Shown here: positions 8,486 through 19,660 of the stretch, one piece after another
Position numbering within the stretch: the stretch's first letter is position 1
How the letters are laid out: each line of letters begins with the position of its first letter
DNA from: a cyanobacterium endosymbiont of Epithemia turgida isolate EtSB Lake Yunoko
Lineage (GTDB): Bacteria; Cyanobacteriota; Cyanobacteriia; Cyanobacteriales; Microcystaceae
Assembly: GCF_000829235.1 (NCBI RefSeq)
Contig: NZ_AP012549.1
Location: 1,680,001 to 1,712,000 of the forward strand
Length of the DNA stretch: 32,000 bases
Direction: 5' to 3'
Translations under genes and position numbers: made by a program
The notes under the pieces: model-generated
What the model saw: the letters and a program-made list of their open reading frames with translations, nothing else
What the model was told of the DNA's origin: nothing
Databases searched by the model: none

Positions 8486-9943
8486 ATGGTAAGTTCCCTA
8501 TCTCGTAATGTAAGCAGTCGGATGGACCGTGTCAGTGCTACGATGAACCCAGGTTTTTTGGGACAATTTGCCCATCTCCCCAATAGCTCTTTATTTGGAA
8601 CCGATGGCATTCGTGGCAAAGCAGGTGACTTGCTAACTGCCCCCTTTGTCCTTCAACTTGGATTTCGGGCAGGGCAAGTTTTAAAAATGAATCGGGGAAC
8701 TTCAGGCCCGGTGATTATTGGGCAAGACTCTCGAAACTCTAGTGATATGTTGGCTATGGCTATGGCTGCTGGGTTGACTTCTGCCGGGCTAGAAGTCTGG
8801 CAATTAGGTTTGTGTCCTACTCCTTGTGTTTCTTATTTGACACGCACTAGTGAGGCGGTGGGTGGAATTATGATCTCTGCAAGCCATAATCCCCCTGAGG
8901 ATAATGGAATTAAATTCTTTAACCATGAAGGGACAAAACTAAGTCAAATATTAACACAACAGATTGAAGAAAAGTTACGTAGTAATTTATCCTTATCATT
9001 AGATAAGCCTCAAGAATGGGGAAAAACTTACTATCAGCCGGGTTTAGTAGATAAATATTGCCAATTTTTACAGGGTGCTCTCCCGCAAAGTCTAGATTTG
9101 CAGGGAATGCGAATAGTTTTAGATTTGGCTTGGGGGGCATCGGTGAATGTGGCTGTTCAGGTTTTTAAATTACTGGGGGCGCAGGTAATATGTTTACACG
9201 ATTACCCTAATGGCGATTGTATTAATGTTAATTGTGGCTCAACTCATCTTAATGTACTCAAACAGGCAATCAAGAAACATCAAGCTGATTTAGGATTTGC
9301 TTTTGATGGAGATGCAGATCGGGTAATGGCTGTCGATGGTCAAGGAAGGGTAGTTGATGGTGACTATATTCTATATCTGTGGGGAAAATATCTTCTTCAA
9401 AAAGGAAAATTGCCTAATAATCTTTTAGTGGGAACTGTGATGGCTAACCTAGGATTCGAAAGGGCTTGGAAAAACTTAGGTGGTCAATTTATGCGAACAT
9501 CTGTGGGCGATCGCTATGTTCAAGCCAAAATGTGGGAAACTGGAGCGATGCTTGGGGGTGAACAGTCAGGCCACATTATTTGCCATCATTATGGCGTGTC
9601 TGGAGATGGGATACAAACTGCCCTTCACTTAGCAGCTTTAGTTCGTCAGTCTGAGGAGTCTTTAGCCACCCTAGTAGATAACAGCTTCCAAACATATCCC
9701 CAAATTTTACGTAATGTTCGTGTGGAGGACCGCGATCAGCGTCACTCTTGGCAGGAATGTATTCCTTTAAGAGAAGCGATCACCCACGCAGAAATAGGGA
9801 TGGGGGATACTGGTCGGGTTTTAGTTCGACCTTCTGGAACGGAACCCTTAATTAGAGTAATGGTAGAGTCAGTAAGTGCTAAAGATGCTCATGAATGGGT
9901 TGAATATTTAGTCAATGTTGTTGAGAGATATTTAGCCAATTAA
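8486..9943 (+). CDS. glmM: Phosphoglucosamine mutase
   Basis: Track ORF 8414..9943. I prefer ATG 8486 (MVSSLSRNV...), since the 24 upstream codons look non-conserved. Motifs: [16 protein letters not shown]; phosphoserine loop [19 protein letters not shown]; Mg site [15 protein letters not shown]; GGEQSGHII; phosphate-binding [17 protein letters not shown]1 at 9507-9514. Confidence 0.93.
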   Translation: MVSSLSRNVSSRMDRVSATMNPGFLGQFAHLPNSSLFGTDGIRGKAGDLLTAPFVLQLGFRAGQVLKMNRGTSGPVIIGQDSRNSSDMLAMAMAAGLTSAGLEVWQLGLCPTPCVSYLTRTSEAVGGIMISASHNPPEDNGIKFFNHEGTKLSQILTQQIEEKLRSNLSLSLDKPQEWGKTYYQPGLVDKYCQFLQGALPQSLDLQGMRIVLDLAWGASVNVAVQVFKLLGAQVICLHDYPNGDCINVNCGSTHLNVLKQAIKKHQADLGFAFDGDADRVMAVDGQGRVVDGDYILYLWGKYLLQKGKLPNNLLVGTVMANLGFERAWKNLGGQFMRTSVGDRYVQAKMWETGAMLGGEQSGHIICHHYGVSGDGIQTALHLAALVRQSEESLATLVDNSFQTYPQILRNVRVEDRDQRHSWQECIPLREAITHAEIGMGDTGRVLVRPSGTEPLIRVMVESVSAKDAHEWVEYLVNVVERYLAN

Positions 9944-12107
9944 TAGGTCTACCACGTATGACTTAAGAATCCCAGTGTGATTAGGTTGCACAGTGACTAA
10001 AACTATTAAAAATAAGGACCACCACTTTTAAGGGGTCTCTATTCTGAATATTTTTTTTGTACGTTGGAGTTCACATTTACTTATTTACATTTTTAGTGTT
10101 TTGAGTGCCATAAAGTCTAGCTTTAAATGCAGCAAGGATTTTTTAAAAGTCTTAATCAAGTGTTTTTAAAACTAGAGTTATTCATCCTATACATAAATGA
10201 TTCTTGTCTGTCTAAAATTTTACACACAGTAAAAATTAAATCTTATTTAATTTATCGAAATCTATCCTGATGGGTGAGAATTATACACTTAACCTCCTCA
10301 TGAAAAATTAGTATAGTTAGAACTATTAATCTCAGATAATATGCATTAATTAAAGCATCAATATTTTGGATAACTTGACAATTTTAATAATTTCAAAGGT
10401 AATATTTTTATCACTTTGTGACTTGAGTCGCTCAATCTTATGATGGCTGGTTTATACATAAATCTTTGAACAAATAATCGTTGGCTTAGAACTTCTTTTA
10501 TTCCCCAATAATTAGCTGACATCAAATCGACGGTTTCGACTAGCTGTACTAATAGATTTTCTCTTAATCTTACTCGTCTCAACATTTTATTATCTTAGTA
10601 CTAACAGTTAAGAGTTTAGCAGTTTCCTTAATTTAAATAAGATAGTTTGGATGGTTATTGATTTAAGCTTACAATACTTTAGATTAGTAGATACTTTCCA
10701 GGCAAGTAGAAGTTATGTATTATCTGTAATAGACAAAGTAATTCCTATATATTCGACTAGCTAAAAAAAATTAATGAAAACTAAATTTTAAAAAAATAAA
10801 GATGGTTAACTGTAGTTAAAATACTTATAAATATAGTTATTATTAACTCCAATAAATAATCATATTGATAATCATAACTAATTATTGATTAAGTTTTTAG
10901 CTTCCATTAATTAGAATTTAATAAAAGCTTTTGAAAAAACCAAAAATCAATAAAAATTACTTCATATTTTATAACTATAAAATCATTGATTGTACCTAAT
11001 TATTTTAGGGCTTAGCAATATCATTTAATAATCTAATAAATTATTTTTTCTTTTTCAGAAATTAAACTTTTGATCATATTAGTTAAATAGAATATAAAAT
11101 TGAATGATATAAGTTCTTTTCAAAATAAAAATACTTTGACTTTCTCAAATTATTTATTTTCAATAAAATGATAATTTTTTTTATCTCTAATGTCTTTAAC
11201 AACTAGCACTCTATTGATATGATTAAAATTTAAAGTTTCCTTATAAATAAAATTAACTATTTTCGATTACATCAATTGTACGAAGAGCCCAAACTAAAAC
11301 TGTTGACATAATAAGTTTACAATACTCATTTAAAGAGAAATTCTTCTCTCTGTTGTCAAATTAATCTATAAATTAAGAATCAATAAGACTTCCAAAAGGT
11401 CGGGGAAAAATAAAGTAATTAGACAAATTTATTTGGTAGTTTTATATTTATTTTGTTATCATAAATAGCTAATAAGTCACCTTAGTACTGCATTACTGTA
11501 AAGTGTTTGAATGACTGTATTATCTACATTTAAAATTTTACCTATAAAATCAATATCTTGTTTAACTTCATTTAATAAACTAACACACTCATAACTTTAT
11601 TCTTAGTCAGAAATAGTTCACGCTCTCATGAGATAAATAGTCAAACATTTCGAACAGACTATCAAAGTTCAGATATTGATTTTAGGAAATAGAATATCAG
11701 GTATATAGCTCTCAATGATACTTATACCTTAATCTTTTGGCAAGAATTATGATAGGTGTATCCTGTCTTGACTTTCTCCTCTATTCTAATAGTTTTAAGC
11801 TCTCAATTTTTTGCAATTGCTTTATGTTCTGCTTGCAGAAGTCTCATATGTAAGTTTATCTGTCAATACATAACTTCTAAAATCTTAAAACAGTTGGCTT
11901 TAAAAACTCGATAACTAGTCGGATATCGGTAAACAAAATGATTTATATTAAGAAGGATAACTAAAGAACTGAAAGCTGTTTTTATGACAACTCACCTTCA
12001 CTTATGTTCAACTTTAATAGTGTGCTATTACTTATTCTCGTACTCTTATGTATATTTTTATTCTTAATTCTACTCCTAATTAACAATTTTAACAATCAAT
12101 AATTTCA

Positions 12108-13094
12108 ATGAGAAAGCTCTATTTTTTGGTTCCAGGGACGGGAGAAAAATTTGCTTGTGGCGGGCTATGGGCTGAATTAAAGACTGTTAACCTAGCGCAA
12201 CAAATTTGTAAATCACGAGTGGTTACCTATCGTCAACGAGAACCGGAAACATTATTTATTGATGATATTTTCCCAGCAAAATGCCTTGAGGATGTTATTT
12301 TTGTAATGAGTTGGGGTTTTGATGTTCCTAGCTTAGCGGCCAAATTGAAGAATTACCATATTGTTTATCATGCTCATAGTGTCGGGTATAATTTTATATT
12401 ACCGCCAAATATTCCCATTATAACAGTTAGTCGTAATACAATGGGTTATTGGGGGCAAAAAGCTCCTCATTCTTTAATTTATTATTTACCCAATCAAATT
12501 TCTAATGAGTTTACTAACTTACATATTGAACGAGATATTGATGTTTTAGTTCAAGCCAGAAAATCCTCGGAATATTTAATTAAACAGTTAGTTCCTGAGT
12601 TAAAAAAACATTGTCAAGTTTTTGTCGTTGATTCTTATGTTGAAGATTTGGGTCAATTGTTTAATCGGGCAAAAGTGTATCTTTACGATTCAGCAGAATA
12701 TTGGGCACAACAAGGAATAAGTGAAGGGTTTGGATTGCAGCCAATGGAAGCTTTAGCTTGTGGTTGTCAGGTATTTTCGAGTGTTAATGGTGGATTATCG
12801 GATTATTTAGATCCTGGTTTTAATTGTTATAAAATTGCGGGATATTCAACTATTTATGATGTGCAAAGAATTCTCAAAGTCATTAATTCTTCAGCCAATA
12901 TTATTTTGTTAGAACAGATATTATCTGAATATCGAGCAGAAAATATTATTAAGCGGTTAGAATTAATTTTAGAGGATATAAATTTATTTTTTGACAGCAA
13001 GTCTCAGTATAGTAATGATATTCATAAGTTAACTAAGTTAAAATTTACTAAATTATTTCTCAAAAGAGTTTGGAATAAGATACAAAAAATGTAA
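12108..13094 (+). CDS. GT-B fold glycosyltransferase (GT4/group-1-like)
   Basis: 328 aa. The C-terminal donor-binding motif EGFGLQPMEALACGCQVFSSVNGGLSDYL matches the E-x-F-G-x4-E-A-x-A-x-G motif of group-1 glycosyltransferases. The acceptor cannot be inferred. Confidence 0.75.
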   Translation: MRKLYFLVPGTGEKFACGGLWAELKTVNLAQQICKSRVVTYRQREPETLFIDDIFPAKCLEDVIFVMSWGFDVPSLAAKLKNYHIVYHAHSVGYNFILPPNIPIITVSRNTMGYWGQKAPHSLIYYLPNQISNEFTNLHIERDIDVLVQARKSSEYLIKQLVPELKKHCQVFVVDSYVEDLGQLFNRAKVYLYDSAEYWAQQGISEGFGLQPMEALACGCQVFSSVNGGLSDYLDPGFNCYKIAGYSTIYDVQRILKVINSSANIILLEQILSEYRAENIIKRLELILEDINLFFDSKSQYSNDIHKLTKLKFTKLFLKRVWNKIQKM

Positions 13095-13819
13095 AATAAC
13101 TCTATCTCATAACAATCACTGTTACTTTTGTATTTTTTTGTTGTTAGAATAATTAAAATTAAACTTCATACAATTGTCTCATGCATAAGATAAGGTAATC
13201 CTTCTTTGTATTGCCAGACTAATTATTCCTATTTTTATTATTTATGAATTAATTTTTATCAGTTCAAATTTAATTTCATTACTACCACTACTGATCCAAA
13301 TTAATATTTTTTATATATTATTTTTAAAAATTAAATAGATTTAGTCAGTTGAAACCCTTTTTTTGTTTTTCTTTAAGTTAGTTCTTAAGTTTTTGGAAAT
13401 TTAGTTAAATATTTTAACTTTTCCATATAGATCAGCCTTGGTAATTTTTATCACTTCAATGCTCTAACACTCTTTATATTCAAAAATAAATATAGAGTGG
13501 AGAGATGAATAAAGACGTCTAAAAATATTTAGATTGACTATTTTTATGTTCAGAAATTTTATAGAAAAAAGGCACAAATTTTAGTGTTTTGTTGTATAAA
13601 AATCTCTACAACAATTCAAGTTTATTTAAATGCTAAACCTAAATTATTTAACTTATAACTATAGCTTTTTTTAAAATCTAACTAGTAATTATAAGAATAA
13701 GATTTTCAAATTACTATTTAGATAGTTATTTAATGATCAAGTTAAAAAGGATATTGGTGTAATCTACAAAACTAGAGAATTTATTGGTTATATCTTGATT
13801 TGAATACATCTAAATAAAT

Positions 13820-16318
13820 TTAAAATAACGGTGATAATCTAAGCCATCCTTTTAAGAAGTTGCCCTGCATTATTGATGAAATGCCGTATAATATCTGGAA
13901 TTCTTCAGTATTAGGTTTAAGTTCAATAGCATATTTTAACAAAGTTTCTGCAGCTTTTGGTTGCCAATTATAAAGATAGACAAACGCCAAATAGGTATAG
14001 TGATAGGGGTTATTAGGATTAAGTTTAATTAGTTGTTTTAAAGCAGTGATTGCACCTTTAGGATTTTCTTGTAAAACATGAGACAATACTAACCCATAAG
14101 TCCAGTCTAGTTCATATTTTCCTGGGTGATGATTTAAGCGATAAGTTAATGATTCTTCTGCTTGTTTAAGATAATCTTGAATTGGATCATATTGGTTAAT
14201 CCGATCAACTTGATCAAAAATGGGGTAAATTCCCTCTATTCCTTGAGCTAGATTTAAGGAAAGTTGTCTTAATCTTGTAACTAAATCTAATGGGAATGAA
14301 GAAATAGGAGAAGCATTATTATCGATGGTGATATTAATATCAGAAACAACGATAGGATAAGTTTCTCCAGTATTACGATTAAGATATATTCCTGTTAACT
14401 GATAATCTCCCGAAGGCAAATCTTTAGGAACCATCATCCCTAAATTTTCAATAACTTTAAAGTTTTGTTCGTCTGGATAATTTCCAAACAACATTCCTCC
14501 TCCAATTCCATGATCGTGTATCCAAAACTTAACTAATTTTTGAGTTTGGTTTTCTTTTTCTTCTATAAGTTCCCAGTTCAATAAAAGCAAACCTGATTTT
14601 AATTCTTTCCAAGATCCTGACCATTCATAAGTAATAGGAATAGGAAAACCTGAAGGAATTCTTTGGGGTATTTTAACTTTATCTAAATTAACCTTATCAT
14701 ATGATTTTAAGCTTTTTTGGATAATTACAGATGGGAGTTGGCGATGATATAAAGTCAAAATATTTTTATCAGATAAATTCCAAGTTTTAACAGCTAAAAA
14801 ATTTTTATCAGTTTCTAGTTTTTGAGCTAAAGCTAATTGAGGTTTTCTAGTAAATCCATTGTCTCCAGTTTTAGTAACAAACCAATCAAAATATTTTTGA
14901 TCTTGTTGTATATCTTCTTCTTCATTTCCTAATTCTCGGCCATGAACTTGAAAATTAGCGACTTGTCCATAATAATTAAGGGTATTATGATTAAAAAAAT
15001 CTGTATTAACAATTACCCCCAAATTAGATATCTGATAAGGATTTATTTCCTGTACAGTTCTGATGAGTTCAGTATTAGGAATATTTTCATTAAGATAGGG
15101 ACGGAATAATCCTCCTGAACTTAACATTACAGTGAGTTTATCTGTCCCAAGAATAGGAAATAAATTTGTACACATAACCATGAATACAAGTCCTAAAGTG
15201 GTCCATTTAACAGGTTCCCATTTTCCTCTCCACTGAATTAATCCGTAAGCTAAAAATATCGCTAAAATTGGTAAATAAGACATAATATAGCGAGTATCTT
15301 TGTTTAAGATAGCTGAACAAATTAAGTATGAACCAATAAAATAAATAGCTAACCAAATAATTCCTTGTCTCAGCTTACTTATTTCTATTTCTTGTTTACT
15401 TTTAGTAAATTTTCCTAAGACATTTAGTATTAAACCAACTAAAGGAACTACTAGTAATATCCAAGTTACTGCCGAAGGCAAATCTTGCCAATAGTAAGTC
15501 CAAGCTGCTAAGGTGTTAAGAGGAGGATCTCCTTCATAAGATGCAGGAATTACATTAGAATTACGAATCGTACTAAACAAATAAATCCAATTAGTTCTAT
15601 ACCAGGGAAACCAAATTATACTAGATATGATAAAACTAATAGTTAATTGTAATATTCTTCCCCACTTACATTGAAAAATATAGCTTATTGCTAACCATAG
15701 TAAAGGGGTAAGCAAGAAAAACATGACACTTTGTTTTGTTAACAATGTAAATCCCCAACATATTCCGAAAATAACTGTCCATAGCCATTGTTTATAATAG
15801 ATTTTCTGGAGTTTCCAAATAGTTAAACAACAAAAACACAGAACTGTCAATGTCATTAATGGAGTATCAATCAAAAATTGTAAGCGGCTCTGATATAATC
15901 TAGGAAACAACATCGATAAACTAGCCGCCCACAAACCGATCTGATGATTAAATAGAATTTTACCTAATGTATAAACTGCTAAAATTAAGATACTACTGTA
16001 AAGTAAATTCGTGATTAGTGCAGTATCATTACCAACCCCAAAAATTTTTTGAAATAAAGCAGCAATAATATAGGTTAACGGAGGATACTTCGATGATATC
16101 ATCCAAAAACTTCGCCACCATTCACTATCAAAAAAATGTGGAGATTCTAATGCGTGGAGATATTGGAGAGACTTAGTTAAATGATTACTTTGATCCCAAG
16201 GGGGAATAGAATGATCTAAAATTAGCCATATCTGATCACTCAGATTACTGATCAACCAAATTAGTCCTAGTATCATCCATATTTGAGTGGGGCTTAGGAA
16301 TAGTTTTCGGATGTTCAT
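13820..16318 (-). CDS. Family-39 (ArnT/PMT-like) polytopic membrane glycosyltransferase with soluble middle domain and C-terminal TPR repeats
   Basis: Track ORF 13820..16369. The likely start is ATG 16318 (MNIRKLFLSPTQIWMILGLIW). The first ~430 aa contain about a dozen hydrophobic segments with the aromatic-rich loops typical of ArnT/PMT_2 enzymes (KYPPLTYIIAALFQKIFG). A ~300-aa non-membrane region follows. The C-terminus is TPR-like (AITALKQLIKLNPNNPYHYTYLAFVYLYNWQPKAAETLLKYAIELKPNTEEF). Confidence 0.8.
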   Translation of the reverse strand: MNIRKLFLSPTQIWMILGLIWLISNLSDQIWLILDHSIPPWDQSNHLTKSLQYLHALESPHFFDSEWWRSFWMISSKYPPLTYIIAALFQKIFGVGNDTALITNLLYSSILILAVYTLGKILFNHQIGLWAASLSMLFPRLYQSRLQFLIDTPLMTLTVLCFCCLTIWKLQKIYYKQWLWTVIFGICWGFTLLTKQSVMFFLLTPLLWLAISYIFQCKWGRILQLTISFIISSIIWFPWYRTNWIYLFSTIRNSNVIPASYEGDPPLNTLAAWTYYWQDLPSAVTWILLVVPLVGLILNVLGKFTKSKQEIEISKLRQGIIWLAIYFIGSYLICSAILNKDTRYIMSYLPILAIFLAYGLIQWRGKWEPVKWTTLGLVFMVMCTNLFPILGTDKLTVMLSSGGLFRPYLNENIPNTELIRTVQEINPYQISNLGVIVNTDFFNHNTLNYYGQVANFQVHGRELGNEEEDIQQDQKYFDWFVTKTGDNGFTRKPQLALAQKLETDKNFLAVKTWNLSDKNILTLYHRQLPSVIIQKSLKSYDKVNLDKVKIPQRIPSGFPIPITYEWSGSWKELKSGLLLLNWELIEEKENQTQKLVKFWIHDHGIGGGMLFGNYPDEQNFKVIENLGMMVPKDLPSGDYQLTGIYLNRNTGETYPIVVSDINITIDNNASPISSFPLDLVTRLRQLSLNLAQGIEGIYPIFDQVDRINQYDPIQDYLKQAEESLTYRLNHHPGKYELDWTYGLVLSHVLQENPKGAITALKQLIKLNPNNPYHYTYLAFVYLYNWQPKAAETLLKYAIELKPNTEEFQILYGISSIMQGNFLKGWLRLSPLF

Positions 16319-16980
16319 CTTGATAAGACTAATCGGAGAAGTGATACAATTATTAATGTATTCTAACATAATAGCTAGTTTTGAAAGTTTGCTTATTTAT
16401 CTAAATAGTATTGAGAAAAAATATTTAACAATTTTCCTAGTTTAGTAGTATTTAAACAAACTTTTTTTATTTTTTTCATTAGTTTGATTAACTCCTGTTA
16501 AAGAAAAAGTAACTGATTCAGATAATTAAAGATTTAATATCTAACTAGATCTCGAAGAATTTTTTCAGTGGTTAAACTTTAAACAGAGCTAATTTATTTT
16601 ATAAATCTAATTATATTTTTATTAACTAACCGAGAACAAATAACTATATTAAATAATGAATTAATATATTTTTATAAACCACTATAAAAGAAGATTAAAT
16701 GATAATCGTTAAGAAAAAAAATTAAAATAATAAACAAAACTTAGTGTATTGATACTGTAGTCACTTTCCTTGATTTTCCTAATTTAATCTATTTTTATAA
16801 TCTAATTATAAATAAAAAAAGGCCGCTATTAATATCATAACAATATTATGAATTGTAATGACTTCTATTGAGATAAAGTCTACTAAAAAATAAAAATTTT
16901 AAAAAAGTGAAACAAAATCAAAGTAATTCTTGTTGACAAATTATGAGAATAAGTAGAACCAGGAGAAAGTAATACTTTAT

Positions 16981-17006
16981 AAGTATACCTCCTAAGTATA
17001 CCTCCT
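16981..17006. repeat. 13-bp direct tandem duplication (AAGTATACCTCCT x2)
   Basis: Read directly: 16981-16993 and 16994-17006 are identical. Confidence 0.95.
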
Positions 17007-17826
17007 AAATATCTCTCTTGATAAAAGATTAGTTTCGATCTTAAAACAAATAAAGAAAGGAGATTTATTTTCTTGGAAAAGTGTTACTTCTTTAATATGT
17101 ACGCAATATAAAACAATAATTTTATTATATTATTTAAGTTTTTTAAAATGGCTTAGTATAAATATATTTCTAGTTTTTATCGAAATAAACTTTCTTCAAC
17201 CTAACCCTATGTCACTAATTCATGAATTACATGATACTTTAGCCAGATTTGACACTATCATTGATTTTCTGACAAAAATTAGGTAATAAGTATATTTTTA
17301 AAATTTAAAACCCAATTACGGGGATGCGCATCTAAAAGATTTAGTCCAATAAGTAGTAGATTATATCTAGTAGTGCTTTTAGCCCAAAAGGATTTATAGT
17401 TATAGATTTAATTCTATTTATAATAGGGGACGTTGACACTCTATGCATCTACAATACTTTGGAGGAGCCAAGCAAGTAGAATGTCCTAACATTTCTGTAT
17501 TTAAGTAGTCTAACATTAAACACCAGTGCTTTGGCAAATTTAGGGATTAAACCAATATGCCTAATAGTGAATTTTTTACTCAGTTAAATCATAATATCCC
17601 AAAAAGTTTAGAAATAATCCATATTACAGTCATATATACTCCCTATTGCTTAATGATTTGACTGCTAAAGAGCCAAATGGTTTTAAAATTAATCTAGGTG
17701 ATGAAATTTTAACCCTAGTTTTTATTCATGAATAGATGCTTCAAGATATGAAACTTTAACAGCAATTTCTCGAGCCTTATCTGAATCCGTTAATAGTCGT
17801 ATAAACTATATTAGTAAAATAAACTT

Positions 17827-19305
17827 ATGGACTTAATTCAAGCATCTGAAATAGAATATGTTGATGTCGTTGTTGTTGGAGGTGGAATTGCTGGAATTGC
17901 TATAACTGAATTTCTCTCTCGTCATAGTAATTTAACTATTAAAGTTTTAGAAAAATCTCTTAAATTAGGAAACTTAGCATCGGGTAAATTGGAAGGATGG
18001 TTTCATACAGGAGCTTTATATTCTGGTCAAGACGATGCCCAAACTTTTATTAATTGTGTCAATGGAGTAGAAGACATAATTAATCTTTATAGTCCCTATT
18101 TTCTGGAAAACTGTAATATTAATTTAACTGAAAAATATTCTGACTTTTATAGTCCAAGCATTATCCCTAATTCCCAAGGATGGTTTAATGCTCAACCAGT
18201 ACATATTATTCACCCCCAAGCTGATGCCCCAGAAATCAGTTCATCTCGTTTGAGAAGTGATAAAGTTCAGATTAATATTCAACTAAATAGGGTCTTAGGT
18301 CGCTTAGAAGTTGCCTATGGAAAACAACATAATTGGAAAAATAATGATAGTTGTATTGCTCCCAGTTACGCCCAAGTAGAAAATTATGAGGGGATATCTT
18401 GTTCTTTGCGTCAATCAAATGAAACTATTCATAATCTTTGTTCTAAATTTGATAATTCCTATGGAATAAATCCCTCTAATTATGAAATTCTCCATACTCT
18501 AGATTGTTCAATGAACACAAGTAGAATTCTCAGAGATTTAGTAGCAAGTTGTCTAAATCAGGGAGTAACCTTTGAAACGGGAGTTACCATTGATAAACTC
18601 TTAATAGATCGCTACGGTCCAATTCGTCTAAAAAGTTTGATTTGTAAAACTAAACAAGGACTACTTAAACGAGTGAAAGCTAAGTTGTTTATTTTTGCAG
18701 TTGGAGAAGAATTTGAATCCTTTTTAGCCGACTTGCAGGTACGGGCTAGACTAAAGCGTAGTCGAAGCGCTATGGTGGTAGCCTATCCAGCCTTAGTGAA
18801 TAATAATTTTGTTAGAATGTCTACAAAAAACCGCTTTCATTTCAATCATTTTGTTCAGCAAAGAGAAAAAGGCAACCAAAAATTTGTATACTCAATGTTA
18901 GCTAATTCAGGTTATATGAGAGATGAAGAACCAGAAGACATTGATATTGAGCCTATTCTAGAATTAGCAGAGCGTTATTTTGGGCAAGAAAACCTATATA
19001 ATCGTCAACTTTTTAGTTATGAATGTATGAAAACTGAATTTATTAGTGAAGAAGAACAAAAAAGGCGTTATAGTTACTGGATTGAGTCCAATCCTAAAAG
19101 TAATTATTTATGTGTTCTTCCTGGTAAATTTTCTTTTTTCCCTACTGTTGCCTACCAAGCTTATCAGCGTATTAAAACTTTGATTAACTTCGAAGAATCT
19201 TCTCCTAAAATAGCGTTTGATTCTACAATTTCGAAAGAAGTAAAGGAACAAGCAAAAACTTTAGTTGCTGACTCTTACCCTCTACAAATTTTAACTGTTA
19301 AATAG
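17827..19305 (+). CDS. FAD-dependent oxidoreductase (DAO/GlpA-like superfamily), substrate unknown
   Basis: 492 aa. The N-terminus has a Rossmann dinucleotide fold, DVVVVGGGIAGIAITEFLS...KVLEK, followed by ASGKLEGWFHTGALYSG, as in DAO-family flavoproteins. Nothing allows a substrate call. Confidence 0.75.
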   Translation: MDLIQASEIEYVDVVVVGGGIAGIAITEFLSRHSNLTIKVLEKSLKLGNLASGKLEGWFHTGALYSGQDDAQTFINCVNGVEDIINLYSPYFLENCNINLTEKYSDFYSPSIIPNSQGWFNAQPVHIIHPQADAPEISSSRLRSDKVQINIQLNRVLGRLEVAYGKQHNWKNNDSCIAPSYAQVENYEGISCSLRQSNETIHNLCSKFDNSYGINPSNYEILHTLDCSMNTSRILRDLVASCLNQGVTFETGVTIDKLLIDRYGPIRLKSLICKTKQGLLKRVKAKLFIFAVGEEFESFLADLQVRARLKRSRSAMVVAYPALVNNNFVRMSTKNRFHFNHFVQQREKGNQKFVYSMLANSGYMRDEEPEDIDIEPILELAERYFGQENLYNRQLFSYECMKTEFISEEEQKRRYSYWIESNPKSNYLCVLPGKFSFFPTVAYQAYQRIKTLINFEESSPKIAFDSTISKEVKEQAKTLVADSYPLQILTVK

Positions 19306-19379
19306 TAAAAGTTATAGTTTTTAGATTGTTAATTTTACTTTAAAAACTAGAGTTTTGTAATTGTGTGTCCGAAAGCTTG

Positions 19380-19425
19380 TACAGGTAAAAACTATAAGTA
19401 CTAAGTATTCTGGTTTTTACCTGTA
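19380..19425 (+). terminator. Stem-loop 75 nt downstream of the FAD-oxidoreductase stop (13-bp stem, 20-nt loop); possible terminator
   Basis: tacaggtaaaaac (19380-19392) pairs perfectly with gtttttacctgta (19413-19425). No U-tract follows, so it is not a canonical intrinsic terminator. Confidence 0.3.
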
Positions 19426-19660
19426 ATAGTTAGGATATACAAGAACAGTTTCTTGAGATGGGGCAAACATCTGACTGAGGAGAGGATTGCTTCTGGGTTG
19501 AAGAGAAAAAAATATTTGAATTTAAGCAAAGCTCCTTGAGCCATAAATCTAAAACAGTGATATTTGAAGAATTGACTCACTTCAGGAAGTAGAGTATGTC
19601 AACTAAGTTGCCTGAATATGACATGATATGAAATCAGAGTCAATCACCATTTAGGAGTCT

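Noticed and set aside
9990-10055. Possible intrinsic terminator after glmM (T8 run at 10044-10051)
   Set aside because: Only a 4-bp GACC/GGTC stem can be drawn upstream of the T-run, so it is not a credible hairpin.
10358-10585. 75-aa ORF in the big desert (MLRRVRLRENLLVQLVETVDLMSANYWGIKEV...)
   Set aside because: The first half looks protein-like, but I cannot place it in a family. There is no SD, and the second half degenerates into K/L/I-rich sequence. I treat it as a possible remnant (see finding) and not as a gene.
10167-19352. Recurrent motif TTTAAAACTAGAGTT (10167-10181; one-base variant at 19337-19352; AAAACTAGAG also at about 13776)
   Set aside because: My rough estimate for a 32-kb window of this composition is more than a hundred chance 12-mer repeat pairs. 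The contexts around the copies share nothing else.
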